From a virus (lineage: Duplodnaviria > Caudoviricetes), in IMG/VR virus record IMGVR_UViG_3300019766_000001, positions 1 to 55,858 of that record: a DNA stretch of 55,858 nucleotides, one strand, 5' to 3'. Positions 48,120 to 55,858 of this stretch are shown piece after piece. A program made the translations under genes and the position numbers. The notes beneath the pieces are model-generated. The model ran no database searches. It was not told the origin of the DNA and was given only the letters and a program-made list of their open reading frames with translations. Numbering within the stretch: the first letter of the stretch is position 1; each line of letters opens with the position of its first letter.

Positions 48120-49048
48120 GTAGAGCCTATATGATCAAGCCGGTGGCCATTACACCGGCAATGATCACCGATACCGATATACCAGAGCCAGAGCTGCCAG
48201 ACTACCCGGAGTGGAATGTATCCACTCCTTACGTTATTAATGGCACTGTATCCATTGCCGCTGAGGGGCGCAGGTATAGGTGCGTTATAGCGAATACAGG
48301 TGATTCTCCTCCAGCAAACCTAACCAATAATGCATCAGGAAATGAGAGCTGGACAGACATTGGTGCAACCAATCTAATGGCGCCGTTTGATGAGATTATA
48401 GGTAATCAGTCTGTGGGTTCTGGCTCTGTGTTTTGGGAAATAACCACAGGCACTAGATACAACTCGCTGTCCGTGCAAAACATTGATGCAACAGAGGTTA
48501 CGGTTACAGCTACCACGGTAACTGGTGGCGTTGATTACGACTATAGTAAAACAGTAAATACGGGCGGATACAGAGGAGGCGGCTGGGCTAATTTCTTTAG
48601 GTCTGGAGAGCGCAGGCCTGTAAGAAACATAGAGTTTACAGGTCTGCCTAAATTTGACGACACCATCCTTACTATTACGTTCACAGGATATTCCGGTGTA
48701 GGATTAATAGTTCCCGGTAACGAGTTTTTGATAGGCCAGACGCATGCAGGTGTTAGGCCTAGAATAAAGTCGTTTAGTGTTAAAAAGTTTGATACAAATT
48801 TCGGATACCCGATACTAGTTCCAAGACTGCCAGCTGTACGTTTATCTGTATCTGTTCAGATAGATACATCAAGACAAGACCTTGTGTTCAACACGCTAAA
48901 AGAGTTTGAGTCTAAGTCTGCAGTGTGGGTTTTTGGGGTGTACTCTATAGCGACAACTTACGGATGGCTTGATGACTACACGCCCATACTTGCCGCCAAG
49001 CCTGTTATTTCGTCACCGGCCCAAATTAAGATAAAAGGTTTTCAATAA
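48116..49048 (+). CDS. Tail tip / baseplate protein
   Basis: IKP.AIT, W.DIGATN..FD; directly after TMP. Confidence 0.75.
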   Translation: MSRAYMIKPVAITPAMITDTDIPEPELPDYPEWNVSTPYVINGTVSIAAEGRRYRCVIANTGDSPPANLTNNASGNESWTDIGATNLMAPFDEIIGNQSVGSGSVFWEITTGTRYNSLSVQNIDATEVTVTATTVTGGVDYDYSKTVNTGGYRGGGWANFFRSGERRPVRNIEFTGLPKFDDTILTITFTGYSGVGLIVPGNEFLIGQTHAGVRPRIKSFSVKKFDTNFGYPILVPRLPAVRLSVSVQIDTSRQDLVFNTLKEFESKSAVWVFGVYSIATTYGWLDDYTPILAAKPVISSPAQIKIKGFQ

Positions 49049-49827
49049 TGGCTATTACCACAGTTTTTAACCCTCCGTTAGTGTCTGATGATGATGCAAC
49101 TTTTGACACTAAAGCGTTTGACACTATGGGGAAATACAACCCGTGGTCAACAGAGGCCAACGCGCTGGCCGTTGAAGTAAACGATGATGCTACAGCGGCG
49201 GCTTTAAGCGAAACTAACGCAGCATCCTCTGCTGTGGCGGCTCAAGATGCTGCGGCATCGGCAGAGGCGATAGCAAACTATAAAGGCGAGTGGTCAGCGC
49301 TGACAGGTGCATTAAGTAAACCTGCATCTGTAGATCATAACTCTAAAACTTGGCGACTTGAGAACAATTTGGCAGACGTAACGCTGTCAGAGCCCGGTGT
49401 TACAGCGGATTGGACTGATATAACTAGCGTTAAATCCGATACAGATAACACTTTTACCGGAGTCAACACCTTCAGCGCCGCCATTAATGAAGCCGGATCT
49501 ACGGTTACATCTACTGCAAACTCTCTTGTTATTGATTGCAGCCTAGGTAATAAATTTACCCATGTGCTGACAGAAAACACAACCTTGAGCTTTATAAACC
49601 CTCCTGCTAACGGTGTCGAATACTCGTTTCGATTAGATATTATTCAGGATGCTGGCGCTAGCGGCTTTGTGTTGACCCTGCATTCTGGTGTTAGCTGGGA
49701 TAATCTGACCGCCCCTACGTTAACCTCTACAGCAGATGCCCGCGACGTTCTAGTGTTTAGTACTGATGATGGTTTTACTACGTCTGACGGTTTCACTCCA
49801 GGTCAGAACATGGCAGTGCCTGCGTAA
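49048..49827 (+). CDS. Tail fibre / adaptor protein
   Basis: Ala-rich coil, ANYKGEWS.L, C-terminal IDCSLGN.F..LTEN.T.SF.NPP domain. Confidence 0.75.
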   Translation: MAITTVFNPPLVSDDDATFDTKAFDTMGKYNPWSTEANALAVEVNDDATAAALSETNAASSAVAAQDAAASAEAIANYKGEWSALTGALSKPASVDHNSKTWRLENNLADVTLSEPGVTADWTDITSVKSDTDNTFTGVNTFSAAINEAGSTVTSTANSLVIDCSLGNKFTHVLTENTTLSFINPPANGVEYSFRLDIIQDAGASGFVLTLHSGVSWDNLTAPTLTSTADARDVLVFSTDDGFTTSDGFTPGQNMAVPA

Positions 49828-50879
49828 TGAGTAACGCTAATAAATTACTGATGGCTGCCAGTGGTTCAGCCGGAGGTGGCGGTGAACCTGTTGCCGAGGG
49901 CGTTAGTTTTGATGGTGTTAGTGACTTTCTGAACGGTCAGTCATTTGTAGGGACAAACCTAGAATTCGATGTTTATTATGTCAGTGGTACTATGCCATTT
50001 GGAGTGCCTGTAACAGCTAAAAATACGTGGATTCGCGTATCAGTATCAGGTAGTTATACAGTAGAAAACATAGGTTTGAATTTCAAAGGTAGGCTCGCCA
50101 ATATCACGCTAGATTCATCTGTTGATATGCCAATGAAAGACGCTGATACAGCAGGTGTTAACCTAGGAACTGGCGGTGACTTCGTTGTTAACGGTGTTCT
50201 GGATGACGCTCAGAGAGGGCCAAATCAAAATAACTGCGTTGCGTCTGAGTTTGATGGTAGTAATGATTATTTGAGCAGGTCTAGTGTCACCGCGCCGGAC
50301 GGAAAGCAATTTACTTTTAGCTGTATTTTTGAAAGCGATAATTTTTCTGGAGACTATATATTTGGGTTATCCCGGCTTAGCGTCAATCTAAATAGTGGAC
50401 GAATTCAGATTGCTGCTGTAGGGGTTGGAGGGGGTAGCAACGTTGTTAGATTTTATTACACGCTACCCAGCCAGAGTACCAATATCTCATATAGCGTGTC
50501 GTGCTCTGTGGATGTGTCCGCTACAACTGTAATAAATATGTTTGTCAACGGTGTTGATGTTTCTGGTGATATAGTCATACAAGATGATTTTAATGCGGAT
50601 ATTGAATTTTCAGACACATCGGCGTTGACGTATGTTGGGTCTTATTTTTCAACAGGCAATGTGTTTAACGGAGGTACATTAGGTGAACTCTATTTCGACA
50701 CAACCTACACTGACCTATCAGCCGATAACCCATTCTGGGACTACAATACCAACAAGCCTAAACCTATACGTCAGGTGCTTGAAGAGACTGGTAATACACC
50801 TCTAATCGCTATGCCTATCTCTGCTGATAATCCCGGTAAGAACTACGGTACTAGTGGGGACTTTACTGTTAATGGTTAG
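49827..50879 (+). CDS. Receptor-binding / lectin-like tail protein, N-terminal fragment
   Basis: Repeated FDG..DYL and N.GT.GDF.VNG modules; stops mid-module at NG*. Confidence 0.75.
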   Translation: MSNANKLLMAASGSAGGGGEPVAEGVSFDGVSDFLNGQSFVGTNLEFDVYYVSGTMPFGVPVTAKNTWIRVSVSGSYTVENIGLNFKGRLANITLDSSVDMPMKDADTAGVNLGTGGDFVVNGVLDDAQRGPNQNNCVASEFDGSNDYLSRSSVTAPDGKQFTFSCIFESDNFSGDYIFGLSRLSVNLNSGRIQIAAVGVGGGSNVVRFYYTLPSQSTNISYSVSCSVDVSATTVINMFVNGVDVSGDIVIQDDFNADIEFSDTSALTYVGSYFSTGNVFNGGTLGELYFDTTYTDLSADNPFWDYNTNKPKPIRQVLEETGNTPLIAMPISADNPGKNYGTSGDFTVNG

Positions 50880-50936
50880 AGCAAGCTAGAGGTTGACGGA
50901 GTTTATGGTATAATGTGTAATATAAAAGGAGTAGAA

Positions 50937-51488
50937 ATGATTTTAGAAGAATTCCCAAAGTACGATATTACACAAGATGGTAAGGTTATAAGCCTTAACT
51001 ATAACAACACAGGTAAGCCTAAAGAGATGTCTCAAAGGCTTAATAAGTTCGGATATATGCAAATAGGTATAACAAATAAAGACGGCAAGCGTAAATTCAT
51101 GCAAGTACATAGGTTGGTTGCTATGGCTTTTGTAGATAATGCAGATAATAAACCAGAGGTTAATCATGTAGATGGCAACAAGACTAACAACGTATCAAGT
51201 AACTTAGAGTGGTGTACTTCATCTGAGAACCAAAGACACGCCTTTGACACAGGGCTTAACAAGGCTCATAAAAGCAATGTAAATGGAAATTATCAAGGCG
51301 AGAAGTGCATACATTCAAAGCTTACTGAGCAAGATGTAATAGATATTAGAAAGCGTCACAAGAATGGCGAAAGGACTAAAGACATGGCTGTAGAATATGG
51401 AATAAGCAAGAACAGTTTAGATTTAGCAGTAAGTCGTAAAGCAAGGATGAGAACATGGAAACATGTACCTTATCCAGAGGAGGTTTAA
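50937..51488 (+). CDS. NUMOD4-type HNH homing endonuclease
   Basis: Y.ITQDG.V.S, VHRLVAMAF..N..NKPEVNHVDGNKTNN..SNLEWCT.SEN..HA, SKLTE..V..I; own TGGTATAAT and AAGGAG RBS. Confidence 0.95.
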   Translation: MILEEFPKYDITQDGKVISLNYNNTGKPKEMSQRLNKFGYMQIGITNKDGKRKFMQVHRLVAMAFVDNADNKPEVNHVDGNKTNNVSSNLEWCTSSENQRHAFDTGLNKAHKSNVNGNYQGEKCIHSKLTEQDVIDIRKRHKNGERTKDMAVEYGISKNSLDLAVSRKARMRTWKHVPYPEEV

Positions 51489-51489
51489 T

Positions 51490-51924
51490 ATGGCACTTAC
51501 AGGAGCGAGGTCAATGAGTGAGTATATTGCCAGAGGTGCAGTTGTTGACGGTACTAACTATCTAACAGGGTCTATATTCTGCCAATCGTTAGTAAAATGG
51601 CTGTCTGTTGACTCTGGCGTAACTTGGACACCAACATATGCTAACGCTGTAACTGTGACCAATATTGGCAACGGTACCGACAATGGTGTCGTAGCGTACT
51701 ATTTTGGAACATCTGAAAATATCAACTGGGCGCTAGAAGAGAATAAAAATAGATTCACAGATCAGTTAGGGTTTCCGAAAGATATGGATCAAGTTTTAGC
51801 TGACAATCCGAGTGCCGTTCTTGCGCTGGATTTCTCAGATACCGGAGATTTCGGATTCAATAAAGCGGGTACCGACTACACGGAAACCGGAACAATTACA
51901 GCTGGTGCGGACGTTACAGCGTAA
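51490..51924 (+). CDS. Receptor-binding tail protein, C-terminal fragment
   Basis: ALTGARSMSEYIARGAVVDGTNYL continues the module register; GGAGG RBS supplied by the end of the HNH gene. Confidence 0.7.
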   Translation: MALTGARSMSEYIARGAVVDGTNYLTGSIFCQSLVKWLSVDSGVTWTPTYANAVTVTNIGNGTDNGVVAYYFGTSENINWALEENKNRFTDQLGFPKDMDQVLADNPSAVLALDFSDTGDFGFNKAGTDYTETGTITAGADVTA

Positions 51925-51933
51925 GGGGTTGAT

Positions 51934-52554
51934 ATGAAGATTAGAATGCGAATTGACGGTAGTATTACTACACAAAAAAGACTGATCAAGTCTTTGAACG
52001 GATCAATGGTTTTACCTAAGATCTGGACAGAAAACACTTTTAATGCTGTAGGTGCTGACCCTGTTCTACCCACACCTAAACCAGCTATTACAGAGTTGCA
52101 AGTCGTACAGCCAAACGGTGTAGAGCAGGACTTGCAAGGTAACTGGGTTGAGGCTTGGTTAGTAGTTGATAAGTTCAGCGATTACACAGACGAGAATGAT
52201 TTTTTAGTAACTAAAGCTGCACAAGAAGCTACTCACTTAGCTAACTTACAGGCTGAGGCTAATAAGCAGGCTCTTGATGCTATGGTTACAGCTATCGAAA
52301 CATTAATACAAGCTCGGGTTGATACTTATAATGAAGCTCAAGGTGTATTGTTCAAGAACGTAGATGCTTGTGCTAAGTATCTGAATACGCCCACCTACAC
52401 CCACTATCAGTTCTGTAATGATGTAATCGTTTGGCAGACAGATGTGTGGGAAGCTGCACGTACTATCCAGACTGATGTTGTAGCAGGTAATCGCACTATG
52501 CCTACTGTAGATGGGCTGCTTGCTGAGCTGCCTGTTTATGGTGGTTCTGTATAA
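51934..52554 (+). CDS. Tail fibre assembly-associated protein
   Basis: GADPVL.TPKP, NGVEQD..GNW; C-terminal W..VW...PT...L.AELP. Confidence 0.65.
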   Translation: MKIRMRIDGSITTQKRLIKSLNGSMVLPKIWTENTFNAVGADPVLPTPKPAITELQVVQPNGVEQDLQGNWVEAWLVVDKFSDYTDENDFLVTKAAQEATHLANLQAEANKQALDAMVTAIETLIQARVDTYNEAQGVLFKNVDACAKYLNTPTYTHYQFCNDVIVWQTDVWEAARTIQTDVVAGNRTMPTVDGLLAELPVYGGSV

Positions 52555-52631
52555 AAAGGGAACCAAGTACAGGGACGTACTAGCCAAAAGGAAATTAACA
52601 TGAAACTGGTAATACTATTGATGGCAGCGTT

Positions 52632-52955
52632 ATGATAGGGCCAAAACTTCAACCGATACCAGGCTCTGACTTATGGTTAGTGCTGGAAGATTGGGAATGG
52701 CGCGGATTTATTGTGCCGAAAGGTTTCAAGTCGAATCTTGACAGTATTCCGCCAATACCGGGTATACACGCATGGCTTAAAGGGCGTACAAGATGTGCCG
52801 CGCTTTTGCACGATTATCTCTATCATATCAAACATGACAGAGCCGATGCGGATAAGCAGTTCAAGCTCTGCATGATTGACGAAGGGGTTGAGATGCGACA
52901 TGTTAGGCCGATTTATGCCGGTGTTCGGGCTTTTGGATGGACAAGATATTTATGA
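52632..52955 (+). CDS. DUF1353-like protein
   Basis: VPKGF.S.L.SIP, AALLHDYLY, R..AD..F, YAGVRAFG. Confidence 0.85.
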   Translation: MIGPKLQPIPGSDLWLVLEDWEWRGFIVPKGFKSNLDSIPPIPGIHAWLKGRTRCAALLHDYLYHIKHDRADADKQFKLCMIDEGVEMRHVRPIYAGVRAFGWTRYL

Positions 52956-53347
52956 GTAGTTTTAAATTCAGCAGTACATCATTAGAGCGAATGGCCGGAG
53001 TCGATCCCCGTTTAATAGAGATTGCCAATCTTGCGCTAAAGCTAACAAAGTTTGATTTTGGCATCCCCGAGCACGGCGGAATCCGTACCGCTGGCGAGCA
53101 ATACGAATTATTCAGAGATGGCAAATCTAAATGTGACGGCTACAACAAGCCAAGCAATCACCAGTCAGGTTTAGCTTTGGACGTTTACGCATATGTTAAC
53201 GGTGCCGCAAGCTGGCGAGAGTATCACTTGGCCATGGTTGCCGCCGCAATGCTCCAGGCCGCCGCAATGCTCGGGTATAAGTTGAGCTGGGGCGGACTTT
53301 GGGACTGGCAGGATATGCCGCATTTTGAATTGTTAGAGGATATTTAA
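52952..53347 (+). CDS. Endolysin, M15 (L-Ala-D-Glu) peptidase
   Basis: S.ERMAGVDPRL, G.RT..EQ..L, SNHQSGLALD, WGG.W...DMPHFEL. Confidence 0.93.
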   Translation: MSSFKFSSTSLERMAGVDPRLIEIANLALKLTKFDFGIPEHGGIRTAGEQYELFRDGKSKCDGYNKPSNHQSGLALDVYAYVNGAASWREYHLAMVAAAMLQAAAMLGYKLSWGGLWDWQDMPHFELLEDI

Positions 53348-53590
53348 ATGAAGTCGTGGATTGTTAAGCTTTTATTGAAAATCGCATTCAAAGCAGCGAC
53401 AGATAAAAACCTTCGTGCCGCCGTTGTTAAAGCGGTGTCGAATCAGGAAGGCGCAGATAAAAACGGTGCGGACAAAATGAAAGGGGCCATTGAGGCGGTT
53501 AGAAAAGAATCCCCCGCAGCTTTTGTTAGGGCAGGTAAAAAGCAGGTCAGAATGATGATCGAGGCAGAGCTGTCTGATTTGCTAGGGTGA
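53348..53590 (+). CDS. Hypothetical lysis-region protein
   Basis: 80 aa, GAGGA RBS, last gene before a convergent hairpin at 53595-53611. Confidence 0.7.
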   Translation: MKSWIVKLLLKIAFKAATDKNLRAAVVKAVSNQEGADKNGADKMKGAIEAVRKESPAAFVRAGKKQVRMMIEAELSDLLG

Positions 53591-54306
53591 CATAAGGGGC
53601 ATTAAGCCCCTATCTCTGAAAACTGCAGCACTGTTAGAGTGCTGTAAGTATCGATAGCTCTGGTAAAATCCTCGGTCTTATCAGTCATGTTTTTATCATC
53701 GGACTGATTAAAAGCCTCACATGTAACTACAGCTTTTATGATCTGATCAGACGTTTCTATAGCGTCCGACCCAACAATAAACCAGAGCCCGTTATACATT
53801 GCAGAGGCAACTGCAAGCCCTTTTGCAATAAGATATTGCTCTGCATAGTGTTTACCTCTGTCACCAATGCACTTTTCTATAACAATTGCATTACTCATGC
53901 TCTGATTGCTCCATATCCTCAATCTTACGCTTCAGCTTTTCGGCCTCCGCATTAATCTTTATCGCAATCTCTTTCATTGCGTCAGGATCGTGCATAAATA
54001 ACTCCAGCTCTGACCCCGTACTATCTGTTAGCGTTATACAGCTGTACGCCCTGTTTCGAGATTCAGAGACAGAGCTTGACGATATGCTAGCGTCATGCAT
54101 GTGAGCTTTCATAGATTAAGCGCCTTTTTAATCGCCCTATGAGCTGTATCCCCGAGCTTTAAATAGTGAATAGCTGACACTTCCGCATCCGCCAGTTTTT
54201 GATGGTCTTTTATCTTATGCCTGATAACCGATGTTACTGCTGATTGCCTGCGCATGTTCGACCCTCCGTTTTTTCTTATTGTGCGCCTAATTATAATGGT
54301 GCGGTA

Positions 54307-54669
54307 TTAGACCTTGGTAGCTATCTTTATCTGGCCGGTATCGCCCCATATCTTTGTTGTCCTGATATCCCATATACCAGAATCATCGTCATATATGGCG
54401 TCAAGTAGCGCCTTAGTCAGGTTGTCGATATCTGGCGTCTGCTGGTGCGGCTCTCCTTTCATCTCTGCCTTTTTTTTCTTTGACCACGACTTAGGCATAG
54501 GCATAACAAAAGTAACGTGAGATCCGCTTTCAGGGACTATTACGCGCTTTAGCTTAACTTCAGCTTTAAAGGCCCAATAATCAGATGTAGCCTTTCTTTT
54601 ATGCCACTTATCACGCTGGGTCATGCGCGGTTTTCGCATCGGTGTGATGTCGTAAATAACTTCAGGCAT
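54307..54669 (-). CDS. RusA-like Holliday junction resolvase
   Basis: KPRMTQRD, MPMPKSWSKKK, PDIDNLTKALLDA..DD. Confidence 0.9.
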   Translation of the reverse strand: MPEVIYDITPMRKPRMTQRDKWHKRKATSDYWAFKAEVKLKRVIVPESGSHVTFVMPMPKSWSKKKKAEMKGEPHQQTPDIDNLTKALLDAIYDDDSGIWDIRTTKIWGDTGQIKIATKV

Positions 54670-54958
54670 TCAATATCTCCTTAACCTGTTCAAGTAGTTC
54701 AACCTCAGTGCCAAAACGACGCTCCCAAGTTGATTTGCCCGAGTGAACCGAGTGGCCGTAACCGCCTGTCCGGTGATGAAAATGGCAAAGAGGTATCACG
54801 CTGTAATTGTCAGAGCGCAACCCCATTCCGTGAGCGTTAACGTGATGCAGCTCAGCGGGTGAATGGTCAATGCCTTGGTTCAGGCATGCAATACAGCCAA
54901 TCTCAGCTACAGCGTTCATGTGATCGGATTCAGCTTTGGTTTTGCTTTTCTTTGCCAT
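54662..54958 (-). CDS. Ref/DUF968-like HNH-fold nuclease
   Basis: GCIAC...ELHH...PLCHFHHR...HSG...WERRFGTE..LL. Confidence 0.85.
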   Translation of the reverse strand: MAKKSKTKAESDHMNAVAEIGCIACLNQGIDHSPAELHHVNAHGMGLRSDNYSVIPLCHFHHRTGGYGHSVHSGKSTWERRFGTEVELLEQVKEILNA

Positions 54959-55248
54959 CCGCCTTCTTCTCCTGGTGCTTCTGCATTAACTTTGCGCTTA
55001 GCATTGCAAGCTCATATGCTGGACGGTACTCTTTATTTTGCTTGGTTATCATTTCTCACCCCGATGACTATAAATCTCATTGCTAGCATTCCAGCGCCAA
55101 AACAAACAGCAGAACAAAAACCCCTGATAACAGGGTCTTCGTTTAGTACGATTGTTATCATTGCCGGAATAAAAACGTAGATCATAAGTATTTCTTTAAT
55201 CATAAATAACACCTCAATAACATAGACCTTCGGCTATGTATTTCTCTG

Positions 55249-55845
55249 TTATAACGCACTGCCTGTATAGCGGTGATCCTCAGGCATTGTTATTCGAGCA
55301 AAAACCCTGTGCACATCATCCTTCATCGGTAGTGATTCGTGAATAAAGTGATTGTTCCCGTAATAAACTTGATCTGGCTGTAATTCAAAAGGCTCATCCA
55401 AATCAAAGTGCGTACAGTCTCCGCCTTTCTGAGGTACGCCCTCATATTCACCAATCCAGCCGTTGCAAGCCCTGTAATTTGAGGCTAGTACAATGCCTCC
55501 AGTTTCCTTTGTGAACTGTCGCTCATGTATCGGGTGTCCAGGCTCTCTGCCTTCTTCGCCTACCTTCCAGCCGCCGCCGCCAAAGCTCATCACGTGGGGT
55601 TCATAATTACCATCTATGTGCGCCCCGCCTCTGCGCAGAGTTTCGCCCTTTTTAAGCTTCTTTCCATGCATAGTGAAGTAAGCCTTACCACCTTCATGCT
55701 TTATGCCTTGCATCATGTCTTTTGCAATGCCTAGAAACTTCTCTGGCAAACCTTTAAACGTATTAAGATCAAACTCAATCATAGGGAACTCACCTTCAAT
55801 CATTGGCAGTTCAATTGACCCGGTATTAACAGCTAAACTTTTCAT
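55249..55845 (-). CDS. 2OG-Fe(II) dioxygenase-like protein carried on integron cassette 1
   Basis: RRGGAHIDG (HxD) ... IHESLP (H) ... R.F.RI pattern; GGAG RBS; stop overlaps GTTATAA at 55248. Confidence 0.7.
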   Translation of the reverse strand: MKSLAVNTGSIELPMIEGEFPMIEFDLNTFKGLPEKFLGIAKDMMQGIKHEGGKAYFTMHGKKLKKGETLRRGGAHIDGNYEPHVMSFGGGGWKVGEEGREPGHPIHERQFTKETGGIVLASNYRACNGWIGEYEGVPQKGGDCTHFDLDEPFELQPDQVYYGNNHFIHESLPMKDDVHRVFARITMPEDHRYTGSAL

Positions 55846-55858
55846 AATTCAAACTCCA
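55736..55858. repeat. Direct terminal repeat (copy 2)
   Basis: Identical to 1-123. Confidence 0.95.

Noticed and set aside
50877-51489. Group I intron or T4 gene-60-style bypass in the tail gene
   Set aside because: Too little non-coding sequence for a ribozyme core, no matched in-frame landing codon, and the distal fragment has its own RBS and ATG.
1-55858. CRISPR array, DGR/retron, transposase, integrase
   Set aside because: I saw no regularly spaced repeat-spacer array, reverse transcriptase, TR/VR pair or recombinase motifs by eye.

Overview
This is a complete, circularly permuted genome of a tailed dsDNA phage with siphovirus-type organisation. Bases 1-123 are repeated exactly at 55736-55858, giving a unique length of about 55,735 bp. 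The host is probably a Gammaproteobacterium (inference from sigma70-type promoters, lambdoid O/P/NinB/ERF/SSB genes and an HlyU-like regulator). I recognise no integrase or CI-type repressor. The modules are: a leftward recombination arm (RHH regulator, DnaQ-like exonuclease, ERF, HNH, SSB, then RusA- and Ref-like genes across the join); a long rightward early/replication arm of small ORFs containing two large structured non-coding regions and a tRNA-like gene; and a morphogenesis/lysis arm (terminase, head, tail, M15 endolysin) interrupted by two accessory blocks. The most notable observations are: (1) two tandem integron gene cassettes with attC sites, genes antisense to attC and no integrase, inserted at a G|TT site beside the ssb terminator; (2) a promoter- and terminator-bounded ~90-nt candidate sRNA with three anti-Shine-Dalgarno motifs, in a genome whose RBSs are mostly a GGA-free AAGGGGT/GGTGAT type; (3) a recurrent leader-RNA architecture in four copies (three-way junction plus an RBS-sequestering hairpin with loop complementarity); (4) a putative receptor-binding gene split in two by a free-standing HNH endonuclease; (5) two separate initiator-plus-iteron modules. 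All protein family calls come from motif recognition by eye, not database searches.
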